This document shows, in pieces, positions 19,570 to 27,033 of a stretch of 29,646 bases of DNA. The translations under genes were made by a program, and so were the position numbers. Position 1 is the stretch's first letter. Each line of letters starts with the position of its first letter. The DNA lies in sequence record SRR20825006_1933, one strand, 5' to 3'. Below the pieces are notes generated by a model that did no database searches, was not told the origin of the DNA, and was given only the letters and a program-made list of their open reading frames with translations.

Positions 19570-19731
19570 ATGAAAAATACCGTGAAGATCGCAACACTGG
19601 GTGCCTTGGGCGCCCTCGCCACCCTGCTGGCAGCCTGCAACACCGTCGACGGCGTTGGCAAGGATGTTGAAGCTGGTGGCGAAGTTATCCAGGACACCGC
19701 ACGAGACGTTGAAGAAGACATCAACGACTAA
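19570..19731 (+). CDS. Entericidin A/B family lipoprotein, 53 aa (not in the ORF track)
   Basis: Hand translation MKNTVKIATLGALGALATLLAAC-NTVDGVGKDVEAGGEVIQDTARDVEEDIND; lipobox LAAC; AAGGA RBS. Confidence 0.93.
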   Translation: MKNTVKIATLGALGALATLLAACNTVDGVGKDVEAGGEVIQDTARDVEEDIND

Positions 19732-19753
19732 ACGGGCCGCAAATCCCACCTGC

Positions 19754-19786
19754 AAAGACACGCTCGAATCGGGCGTGTCTTTTTTT
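19754..19786 (+). terminator. Intrinsic terminator after entericidin, possibly bidirectional
   Basis: AAAGACACGC(T)CG-aat-CG(G)GCGTGTCTTTTTTT. Confidence 0.85.
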
Positions 19787-20088
19787 GCTCGTATGTTTGG
19801 AAGTGAGCCGTATTCGCAGGGCAGCAAGAACTATTTAGTGTGTGGAATGAACCGCTTGGCCGGAATAGGAGATCAGCAAAACTCGTGTTCGCTTGCTCGT
19901 GCGCATCAGCTCTGTGTGTTTGCGCAAACAGGTCCAGATCTGCCCAAGTCCGATAATCAGCACAGAAAACATCGCGCCCACGCGACGCGGACCATTCAAG
20001 CGACGGAATACATCAAGGTGGGAGCCCAAACTGCGGGATTGGCGTTGAATGTCTATCTGGAGGTGTACTGCGTTGACCATGAACAATC

Positions 20089-20113
20089 TACGCGCCCAAG
20101 CGATGCGAGTTCC
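20089..20113 (-). promoter_or_regulatory. EcfG-type promoter of an unannotated transcript
   Basis: GGAAC-N16-CGTA followed 8 nt later by ATG (20080). Confidence 0.6.
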
Positions 20114-20164
20114 GCGTTCTTGTGCATACTGATTCATAAGGCGGACCGTATGTGGGTCTTCTAC

Positions 20165-21796
20165 TTAAATATCCATGACGAGCTTGTGCGAGCAGCCAAG
20201 CCCAGGTCGCGCTTCAGTCGTGAATTCAGCTGACAATTGTCTTGCAAAAGCAACCATCAGTTTGGAACCCAATCCGGAATCCTCATCAGCCGTGTCATAA
20301 CCGAGTCCGGTGTCCCTGATCTCGAGAATAACCTTCTCGCCTGCCAACGACAGGTGGACCGCAACTTCGCCGCCGTCTTCCTCAAACGCATATTTCATAG
20401 CATTAGTGACTGCCTCAACGATGAACAGCGCCATCGGAATGGCATCGTCGGCATCCCGTTGTATCTCGGCATAAGATTGGACAAGGTTTATGCCCGCCTC
20501 TGACATGCCCAATGCATCTGAGAGATGATTGAGAAGCCCGGTGAGGAAGGGTCGCATATCGACGGTTTCCAAGCGCTCATTCTGGTAAAGAGTCTGGTGC
20601 ACAATCGCCAAAGCATCGATACGGTGGCGCGTCGCCGCAATTGCGTCCCGGGCCTGTGGGTCTTTTAACTGCCGGCCCTGCAAGTTCAGGAAGCTTGTAA
20701 CAATCTGGAGATTGTTCTTCACGCGATGGTGAATCTCTTTCACGGCCGCATCGCGCGTCGAGATAGCCTCTTTGAGATCCTGGTCGCGATGGTCGATATC
20801 TTTCGCCATGACCTCCATTGCGGTCGCCAAATTGCGAATCTCCGAAGGTGCATCGACAAAAGAATTACCCGCTTTGAATTGATACCGACCCGCACCATAG
20901 ATACGAACTGTGCGGGTCAAGCGAGAGATCCATCTCAGCACCAATCCATCAATCGCCATCCAGGCCGCTAGCAACGTTACTGCGAACGCAAGCAGCGGCA
21001 GCCCGAACGAAGTCGCAGGCCGCAGAAAGAAATCATTCCACAAACCATAGGAGGGACGCGCGATCACTGCGAATATGTTGGAGTCACCAACGGGGCGCAG
21101 CACAACATCCGTGGAGCCTCCACCAGCCTGCTCCGCCCGGAACAATTGGGCGGCGCGCGTTTCCTTCACCTGCTCAATCCATTCGGATGAAATCGGCCCG
21201 ACAATGGGATCTCCAAACACCCTGCCAGTCTCATCTGCGATCGAAAGGGAAACATAATCTGGCAGATAGCCGGCCTGAACAAGATTGGCGAGTTCAATTG
21301 CACTCAACGCAAACGTGTGGATGCCCACGAAATTTCCGGCCTCGTCCTCGACGCGTTTATTGAGCGCAAAGAGCCACTCGTCGCTCGCGGACCCGAAGAA
21401 TGCGTCACTCCGGGCAAAGGAGTCTCCTCCGGCCCGCAACCTGTCATGCAAAACCTGATTGTCACGGCTGAGTGTGGGAGTGCCTACAGCGGCGCAGACA
21501 ACTTCACTGTCCTTGTCGAACGCAACAACGTTGGTGAGCGACGGCAGGTATTCAGACAATTCATTGTATACGCCACTGCACTCGCCTGCGGTCAGTCGCG
21601 TCTCATAGAGTGAGAGCAACAGTTCTGCCTGCTGCAGGGATTGGTTCACACCGTCAATCGCTGCGCCCGCAACCACGACCAGATTCTGAGCCTGACTTTC
21701 CCGAATGTCCCGAGCGTCAATATAGGCTTTGAACGCAGACAGTAGGAGGACCGGTGTTAGTGCAGCTGCCAAGGTCAGAACGAGCTTATTGCGCAA
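20165..21796 (-). CDS. Membrane sensor kinase, HisKA_2 type (GSR-locus kinase); start uncertain (TTG 21796 or ATG 21889)
   Basis: EIHHRVKNNLQ, EAVTNAMKYAF and GLGSKL; two TM segments around a periplasmic sensor; downstream of ecfG. Confidence 0.9.
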   Translation of the reverse strand: MRNKLVLTLAAALTPVLLLSAFKAYIDARDIRESQAQNLVVVAGAAIDGVNQSLQQAELLLSLYETRLTAGECSGVYNELSEYLPSLTNVVAFDKDSEVVCAAVGTPTLSRDNQVLHDRLRAGGDSFARSDAFFGSASDEWLFALNKRVEDEAGNFVGIHTFALSAIELANLVQAGYLPDYVSLSIADETGRVFGDPIVGPISSEWIEQVKETRAAQLFRAEQAGGGSTDVVLRPVGDSNIFAVIARPSYGLWNDFFLRPATSFGLPLLAFAVTLLAAWMAIDGLVLRWISRLTRTVRIYGAGRYQFKAGNSFVDAPSEIRNLATAMEVMAKDIDHRDQDLKEAISTRDAAVKEIHHRVKNNLQIVTSFLNLQGRQLKDPQARDAIAATRHRIDALAIVHQTLYQNERLETVDMRPFLTGLLNHLSDALGMSEAGINLVQSYAEIQRDADDAIPMALFIVEAVTNAMKYAFEEDGGEVAVHLSLAGEKVILEIRDTGLGYDTADEDSGLGSKLMVAFARQLSAEFTTEARPGLGCSHKLVMDI

Positions 21797-21845
21797 AGGT
21801 GCCGCGTTCGTGCCCTTGCTATCCCCTTGGTCTAGCCCACTCCGG

Positions 21846-22442
21846 TTACCCAACACCGGCAATGTCATCTGCCTGGCGCATGATATCATTGAAGGCGTCT
21901 TCCGCCCTCATTTCGGAGTCGTCGCTGAATCCTGCCCCGTTTGATTCCAGAATCTCGACGACAGCTTTCCTGGCCCGAGACACCCGGCTTTTGATCGTCC
22001 CGACAGCCACGCCACAAATCTCTGCAGCTTCCTCATAGGGCAGACCGCCAGCACCGACGAGAATGAGGGCTTCACGCTGGTCAATCGGCAAACGGCCAAG
22101 CGCATTGCGCATGGCGAGCAGATCGAGCGTGTCGGATGGGTTGCTGTTAGACACCAGCGTTGCTTCCGCAACCTCAGGGTCAAGCGGTGTGCGGCGCCAA
22201 GACCTGCGCTTCTCTGAATAGAAAACATTCCGGAGAATTGTGAAGGCCCACGCTTTCATATTCGTGCCGGCCTGAAAGGATTGCCGCGCATTCCACGCTT
22301 TCAGCATTGCATCCTGAGCAAGGTCATCCGCCAGCGTCGCATCGCCACACAAGCTGCGCGCGAAAGCCCGCAAATGTGGGATTAACGCAGCAAGTTCGCG
22401 TTTGAATTCAGCATCGCTGAGTTTTTCCGTATTGTCTGTCAT
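21846..22442 (-). CDS. ecfG: General stress ECF sigma factor (EcfG/SigT, ECF15-like)
   Basis: IPHLRAFARSL, FQAGTNMKAWAFTILRN and GTIKSRVSRAR; in the nepR/phyR locus. Confidence 0.93.
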   Translation of the reverse strand: MTDNTEKLSDAEFKRELAALIPHLRAFARSLCGDATLADDLAQDAMLKAWNARQSFQAGTNMKAWAFTILRNVFYSEKRRSWRRTPLDPEVAEATLVSNSNPSDTLDLLAMRNALGRLPIDQREALILVGAGGLPYEEAAEICGVAVGTIKSRVSRARKAVVEILESNGAGFSDDSEMRAEDAFNDIMRQADDIAGVG

Positions 22443-22452
22443 GGAAGCCCCC

Positions 22453-22641
22453 TCAGGATTTATCTGAGGTGGAAGATGGCCGAGCCCTATCGGCTTCTTC
22501 GAGAAGCCTCAGGAACTCATCGGGCACATCTTCTTGCGCTACTTCGTCATATACGCGGCGCAATTGTTCACCAATGCGCTGCGTCCGCCTCTTACTGCCG
22601 AGGTCGGATTTGACGGAGTTTTTGCGTCCGTTCTTTTCCAT
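22453..22641 (-). CDS. nepR: Anti-sigma factor NepR
   Basis: IGEQLRRVYDEVAQEDVPDEFLRLLEE; start moved downstream of its promoter to ATG 22641. Confidence 0.92.
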   Translation of the reverse strand: MEKNGRKNSVKSDLGSKRRTQRIGEQLRRVYDEVAQEDVPDEFLRLLEEADRARPSSTSDKS

Positions 22642-22699
22642 TCCGTCCAAACTATCCTGATTCACGATCTGATACCTAACTATATGAGTCTGATAGTTA

Positions 22700-22724
22700 A
22701 ACAATCCGGCACCATATAAGTTCC
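22700..22724 (-). promoter_or_regulatory. EcfG-type promoter of nepR-ecfG-kinase
   Basis: GGAAC-N16-TGTT. Confidence 0.75.
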
Positions 22725-22757
22725 ACACTAATGCAGTATTTTGCACTAGTGTGGAAC
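22720..22757. repeat. 38-bp inverted repeat joining two back-to-back -35 boxes
   Basis: GTTCCACACTAATGCA-gtattt-TGCACTAGTGTGGAAC; arms match at 15 of 16 positions. Confidence 0.9.
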
Positions 22758-22777
22758 CGAAGCAGCTTTCATGAATT
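22753..22777 (+). promoter_or_regulatory. Probable EcfG-type promoter of phyR (non-consensus -10)
   Basis: GGAAC-N16-AATT upstream of phyR. Confidence 0.55.
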
Positions 22778-22807
22778 GTTAATGCGGTCCCAGAAGAGAG
22801 GTTCCCA

Positions 22808-23602
22808 ATGAGTTTGGTACAATCGTTTGCCCCCCATCTGCCCTTCTTGCGCCGGTACGCCCGGGCGCTAACAGGCAGTCAAGACAGCGGAGACGCGTAT
22901 ATTCGCGCATCGCTTCAAGCGCTCGTCGAAAATCCAGAAGTTGTTGATAATGTGGAAGATCCTCGTCTTTCGCTCTACCGTTTTTTCCATGTCATCTGGG
23001 GTACGACAGGTGCCCAGCTTGAAGGAAAAGATGGCGGCAAGGGCGACCCTGCAGACAAACGACTGCAGTCGCTCGCCCCCATCCAACGGCAAGCTTTCCT
23101 GCTGACAGCCCTTGAGGGATTTTCTGCTTCGGACGCAGCCTACATCCTCGGCATTTCCGAAAAAGAGCAGCGTGTTCTCGAACAAGATGCGCAAAGAGAA
23201 ATTGAAGGCGAGCTCGCAACGAAAGTTCTCATCATCGAGGACGAGCCCATTATTGCAGCAGATCTCGAAAGCCTGGTCGAAGACCTCGGCCATACGGTCA
23301 CCGGAATCGCAACCACACATCGCGAAGCGCTCTCTCTCTTCGGCGCAAATCCGCCAGGACTGGTTCTCTGTGACATCCAACTTGCAGATGGATCGTCCGG
23401 TATTGATGCCGCCCACGACATTCTGGCAGATCACGATGTGCCGATCATCTTCATCACGGCATTCCCCGAACGCCTGCTGACTGGTGAGCGCCCAGAACCG
23501 ACCTACCTGATTCCAAAGCCGTTCCAGGAGAATACGGTGAAGGCAGCGATCGGCCAGGCGCTATTCTTTCATCCCGCCAACGAAAAGCGAGTGGACGCCT
23601 AG
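22808..23602 (+). CDS. phyR: Anti-anti-sigma response regulator PhyR
   Basis: HLPFLRRYARALTGSQ, QRQAFLL, LCDIQLADGSSG and FITAFPERLLTGERPEPTYLIPKPF. Confidence 0.97.
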   Translation: MSLVQSFAPHLPFLRRYARALTGSQDSGDAYIRASLQALVENPEVVDNVEDPRLSLYRFFHVIWGTTGAQLEGKDGGKGDPADKRLQSLAPIQRQAFLLTALEGFSASDAAYILGISEKEQRVLEQDAQREIEGELATKVLIIEDEPIIAADLESLVEDLGHTVTGIATTHREALSLFGANPPGLVLCDIQLADGSSGIDAAHDILADHDVPIIFITAFPERLLTGERPEPTYLIPKPFQENTVKAAIGQALFFHPANEKRVDA

Positions 23603-23622
23603 ACTTCTTATGTCGCGGAATC

Positions 23623-23661
23623 AAAAGGCCGCCTGTACACGATGATGTACGGGCGGCCTTT
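23623..23661. terminator. Bidirectional intrinsic terminator
   Basis: AAAGGCCGCC(T)GTACA...TGTAC(G)GGCGGCCTTT between convergent genes. Confidence 0.85.
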
Positions 23662-23681
23662 GTTATTGGATTCAAGATCCG

Positions 23682-23846
23682 TTAGACGCTGGCAGGCGCA
23701 AACATGCCGGTCAATGCCAGCACCAGCAACATGCCGACGAGAGCGATGACGATACCTATCCCCATAACGCTCAACAAGCCTGTCCGGCGACGGCCCTGGC
23801 GTGCCTCGGTTGTAGAGACCTCTTCTTGATGGGTTGTGTCTGGCAT
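23682..23846 (-). CDS. Small single-TM protein, 54 aa (not in the ORF track)
   Basis: MPDTTHQEEVSTTEARQGRRRTGLLSVMGIGIVIALVGMLLVLALTGMFAPASV; fills the gap between the Crp/Fnr gene and the terminator. Confidence 0.8.
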   Translation of the reverse strand: MPDTTHQEEVSTTEARQGRRRTGLLSVMGIGIVIALVGMLLVLALTGMFAPASV

Positions 23847-23884
23847 GGGTTATTCCAATCCTGTTTGAGTGTGATCCCCTGGGA

Positions 23885-24700
23885 TCAGTTGTCTTTACGG
23901 GGAACGCGGGGATGATGTGTGTGAGACGAGATAGCGCCGTTTGACAAAGACGAGTGCGAAACACTGCGCAGGTCTGCTGGCGCCGCGAAATCGAGTTTGC
24001 GAACATGGAGATAGTCAGTGTCGAATTGCGACAGACTCTCCATGCGCTTTCTGTCGAGAATAGTGACCTGGCCTCTGGACTCATCAATGAGTCCCGAGCG
24101 GCGTAAGGCTGACATTGTCCTTGATACATGAACCGGTGTCAGGCCGAGCGCATCTGCTAGATCCGTCCGCGTCAAAGGCATGGGGAGGTGATCTTCTGCT
24201 CCCCCTGTTGCCGCTCTCAATCTCCTTTGGAGCTCAAGCAATAGATGGGCAATACGTTCCTTTGCAGATCTGCGACCGACACGGACAATCTGCTCACGCA
24301 GAATTGATTCCTCTTGCACCGCAGCCCACCAGAAAGCAGCGGCGACGTCGGCGTCGCTTCGCAGCACGCTAATGAATTGGTCCGCGATGACGGTCGCCAC
24401 GACAGTGCGCGTCACCGCGGTTATTGAGTGGTCCGCCTTTACACCCGCAATCACTTGCATATCGAACACGTCACCAGGCAACATGAAGTTAACGATCTGG
24501 CGACGACCGTCATCGAGAGAACGATGGCGAATTGCCCAGCCATCCTTTACAATGAATATCTTTGCGGGAGTTTCCCCCACACGGATGATATCATCGCCGG
24601 ACTGAAACGCGCGGGTCTGAAAATCGATTTGATCAAATTTGGTCCACGCGTCATCGTTTAAAGTGGCATATTGGGAAAGTCTGTTTCTGAATACGTCCAT
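23885..24700 (-). CDS. Crp/Fnr-family transcriptional regulator
   Basis: GRRQIVNFMLPGD, GRRSAKERIAHLLLEL and PLTRTDLADALGLTPVHVSRTM; start at ATG 24700, downstream of its promoter. Confidence 0.93.
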   Translation of the reverse strand: MDVFRNRLSQYATLNDDAWTKFDQIDFQTRAFQSGDDIIRVGETPAKIFIVKDGWAIRHRSLDDGRRQIVNFMLPGDVFDMQVIAGVKADHSITAVTRTVVATVIADQFISVLRSDADVAAAFWWAAVQEESILREQIVRVGRRSAKERIAHLLLELQRRLRAATGGAEDHLPMPLTRTDLADALGLTPVHVSRTMSALRRSGLIDESRGQVTILDRKRMESLSQFDTDYLHVRKLDFAAPADLRSVSHSSLSNGAISSHTHHPRVPRKDN

Positions 24701-24708
24701 GCGATCAA

Positions 24709-24733
24709 AACGTATGTTCACATGTAAGGTTCC
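24709..24733 (-). promoter_or_regulatory. EcfG-type promoter of the Crp/Fnr gene
   Basis: Consensus GGAAC-N16-CGTT. Confidence 0.85.
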
Positions 24734-24759
24734 GTCGCAGAAAACTGCTAGCATCCGAT

Positions 24760-24784
24760 GGAACGAATTTCTTGATCAGCCGTT
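24760..24784 (+). promoter_or_regulatory. EcfG-type promoter of the DUF883 operon
   Basis: Consensus GGAAC-N16-CGTT. Confidence 0.85.
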
Positions 24785-24816
24785 TTATTGGCGCACACGA
24801 AATCAGGAGATTTAAC

Positions 24817-25116
24817 GTGAACACTAAAACAGCCACTACACTAAAAGCTGAGACCGAAGGCGATTACGCTGCGCTCAAGGATGACATCGCCATGCTTCGC
24901 GGCGACTTGAAAAGCGTGATGGAGGACGTCCGGGGCTTGGCAAAAGTCAAGGCGCAAGCTGGCGTCGAGAAAGGCAAGGAAATAGCCGAGAAAGCCTCTG
25001 GCCAGTTCAAGGAAACCCGTGACGAGGTTGAAACGGAAATCCGCAAGAATCCGCTCGCCGCTGTCGGGATCGCGTTTGGCGCCGGACTTATCCTCGCAAT
25101 GATGAGGGGCAAATAA
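24817..25116 (+). CDS. DUF883 / ElaB-YqjD family tail-anchored protein
   Basis: IRKNPLAAVGIAFGAGLIL C-terminus; AGGAG RBS before GTG 24817. Confidence 0.92.
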   Translation: MNTKTATTLKAETEGDYAALKDDIAMLRGDLKSVMEDVRGLAKVKAQAGVEKGKEIAEKASGQFKETRDEVETEIRKNPLAAVGIAFGAGLILAMMRGK

Positions 25117-25119
25117 TTC

Positions 25120-25518
25120 ATGGACGCGACAAAGCTTAGGCTGTTCGCGGCTGTCGCCGGAATCGTATGCGGTTTCGGCGGCATGTTTGCTTTGTCTGTT
25201 GCCGGAATATTGGCGCTGGCATCTATCATCGGTTTGACGGCCGCCTGCTTTACAGTGGCCGCCATCCTTGTGGCAATTTCTGCCCTGATGCTGTACATAT
25301 TTCTCCTGCCTTATCGCAAGTCATCAGAAGAGATTGATGATCTGGAGGAATCGACAGCCAATGCGTTGGCAGACCTACCGTTCGACACTCTGAAATCATT
25401 GGTTCAGAAATATCCTGTCTCTGTGTCCGCGGGCGCGATGTTGCTTGGATACACGCTTGTGCGTGACCCGAAGACGGCGACACGTCATGCCCAGAGGCTT
25501 TTACTCGGTCTGCTGTAG
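25120..25518 (+). CDS. Membrane protein in the DUF883 operon (YqjE/holin-like position and topology)
   Basis: Two N-terminal TM helices and a C-terminal KYPVSVSAGAMLLGY segment; starts 3 nt after DUF883. Confidence 0.7.
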   Translation: MDATKLRLFAAVAGIVCGFGGMFALSVAGILALASIIGLTAACFTVAAILVAISALMLYIFLLPYRKSSEEIDDLEESTANALADLPFDTLKSLVQKYPVSVSAGAMLLGYTLVRDPKTATRHAQRLLLGLL

Positions 25519-25565
25519 CGACGCCAATTGCAGACAAATCATGCCAAAGCTCCTATATTGGTAGG

Positions 25566-26213
25566 ATGAGATCATTTCTGCTTGTTGCCTCAGCGGTTGG
25601 CGCTGGACTGGCTTTTGGCCGAAGATACCTCGAACGCGGGGTATCCGCCCAGAAGAACAAGGTGATCGAAACAGCCGCTGTGGAAACGCGTCGCCAGATC
25701 AAGCGCCACGCGGATGATTTTCTCAAAAAGAGCTTTCGGTCGTTCGCAATAGCGACAGGAATAAAACTGCTTATTCTCGCGACGCTTTGGGGGCTGTCCC
25801 ATGGCGGCGTTATTAATCCGCCCTTTTTTATCTGGGCGGTAACAGGTGTCCTCACCGCGTTTCTGGTTCGAGATATCTGGGTTACGTGGCCCTTCGTTCG
25901 GCTTGGGCTGACAGAACTTTCTCGCTATGGCTGGCATCCCAAGCGCGCGCTCGGCGAGGTCGTGGCAGGGCATGTGTTTCAGCAAGTCCTGATGGAAGCT
26001 CAATCTGCCCCGTCCACTCGCTCTTCGAAAGTCATGCTCGTGCTTGCGGGTCAGTCCCGCGAAGGGATCGAGCATGAGATTGCAACGTCCGTCGCAGCCA
26101 TCGCTCGAGATACATCCTGGTCTGATCTGCGGCCATTTCTTGTGTCTGCTGGCATCAAGTCTGGCGCACTGATGATCATTTATTCGGTGAGTGTTTTCCT
26201 GCTCATGGCCTGA
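25566..26213 (+). CDS. Hypothetical membrane protein
   Basis: 215-aa ORF with several hydrophobic segments; no recognised family. Confidence 0.7.
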   Translation: MRSFLLVASAVGAGLAFGRRYLERGVSAQKNKVIETAAVETRRQIKRHADDFLKKSFRSFAIATGIKLLILATLWGLSHGGVINPPFFIWAVTGVLTAFLVRDIWVTWPFVRLGLTELSRYGWHPKRALGEVVAGHVFQQVLMEAQSAPSTRSSKVMLVLAGQSREGIEHEIATSVAAIARDTSWSDLRPFLVSAGIKSGALMIIYSVSVFLLMA

Positions 26214-26219
26214 TGTCGA

Positions 26220-26825
26220 TCACGCAGCCTCAGCCATAAGCCCTTCGGCGTGCATTACCAACTGGTGTAGTGTGGACCGTGCAGCAAGCTCAGGCGTGTC
26301 ATTGGAGATTGCCGGAACAATCCCATTCAACTCATCCATCAGTACGGCGCGCGCCCGGCTTACCCGGCTTTTGATCGTTCCAGGTGAGCAGTCCATGATA
26401 GCGCCCGCTTCCTCATAAGTGAGACCCGCTGCCAGAACCAGTATGACTGCATCCCTCTGCTTGATCGGCAAAGCGTAGATTGCCTGCACAGCATGCGAGG
26501 CTTCGCTCAGCATTTCAGCTGATGTGTGATCAACAAGCGTTTCTTCGAGAAATCCGCTTTCAACATCAACATTGCGCCAAGCGCGACGACTGTGCTGGAG
26601 ATATTCATTTCGAACAATCCGCAAGATCCACGGTCTCATCTTTGCGCTTCGGTCAAAAGAATCCGCCGCTGCCCAGGCTTTGAGGCATGCAGACTGAACA
26701 ATATCGTCGGCAAGCGTTGCATCATGGCAAAGGCTACGAGCGAACGCGCGCATTTGGGGCAACAATGCCTCTAGCTCATCAACAAAGGACCAGCTTGGGC
26801 CAGGATTTTCAGCGAAATCGGTCAT
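26220..26825 (-). CDS. Second EcfG-like ECF sigma factor, here called EcfG2
   Basis: LPQMRAFARSLCHDATLADD and GLTYEEA...GTIKSRVSRAR; clear paralogue of 21846-22442. Confidence 0.9.
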   Translation of the reverse strand: MTDFAENPGPSWSFVDELEALLPQMRAFARSLCHDATLADDIVQSACLKAWAAADSFDRSAKMRPWILRIVRNEYLQHSRRAWRNVDVESGFLEETLVDHTSAEMLSEASHAVQAIYALPIKQRDAVILVLAAGLTYEEAGAIMDCSPGTIKSRVSRARAVLMDELNGIVPAISNDTPELAARSTLHQLVMHAEGLMAEAA

Positions 26826-26838
26826 GCCATCACATATC

Positions 26839-27033
26839 CTATCGCTTTTGCGAGTTCTCCACTTCTCTCATGGAGTCGAGAAGTTGCCGAAGTCGGTAGG
26901 GAAGAGGCTCTGTAACCACGGCCGCGTACTCGGCCTGAAGGTGAGTTTCGAACCGCCGGGTCACCCCCGTCGCCTGCGTCATGAAAGCGGATGTTCTTCT
27001 GCGTTCGGGACGTCGGGCGCTCATACGCATCAT
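26839..27033 (-). CDS. Second NepR-like anti-sigma factor, here called NepR2 (start uncertain)
   Basis: HLQAEYAAVVTEPLPYRLRQLL fits the NepR core L..Y..V..EP.P....LL; ends 13 nt upstream of EcfG2. Confidence 0.75.
   Translation of the reverse strand: MMRMSARRPERRRTSAFMTQATGVTRRFETHLQAEYAAVVTEPLPYRLRQLLDSMREVENSQKR

Noticed and set aside
19601..20233. 210-aa plus-strand ORF
   Set aside because: Out of frame with entericidin, crosses a strong terminator, and overlaps the kinase gene antisense
23608..24129. 173-aa minus-strand ORF
   Set aside because: Overlaps the Crp/Fnr gene and the 54-aa TM gene in another frame and runs through the terminator
25120..25518. Holin-like protein as evidence of a prophage
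   Set aside because: No phage genes nearby; such proteins are regular members of DUF883 stress operons
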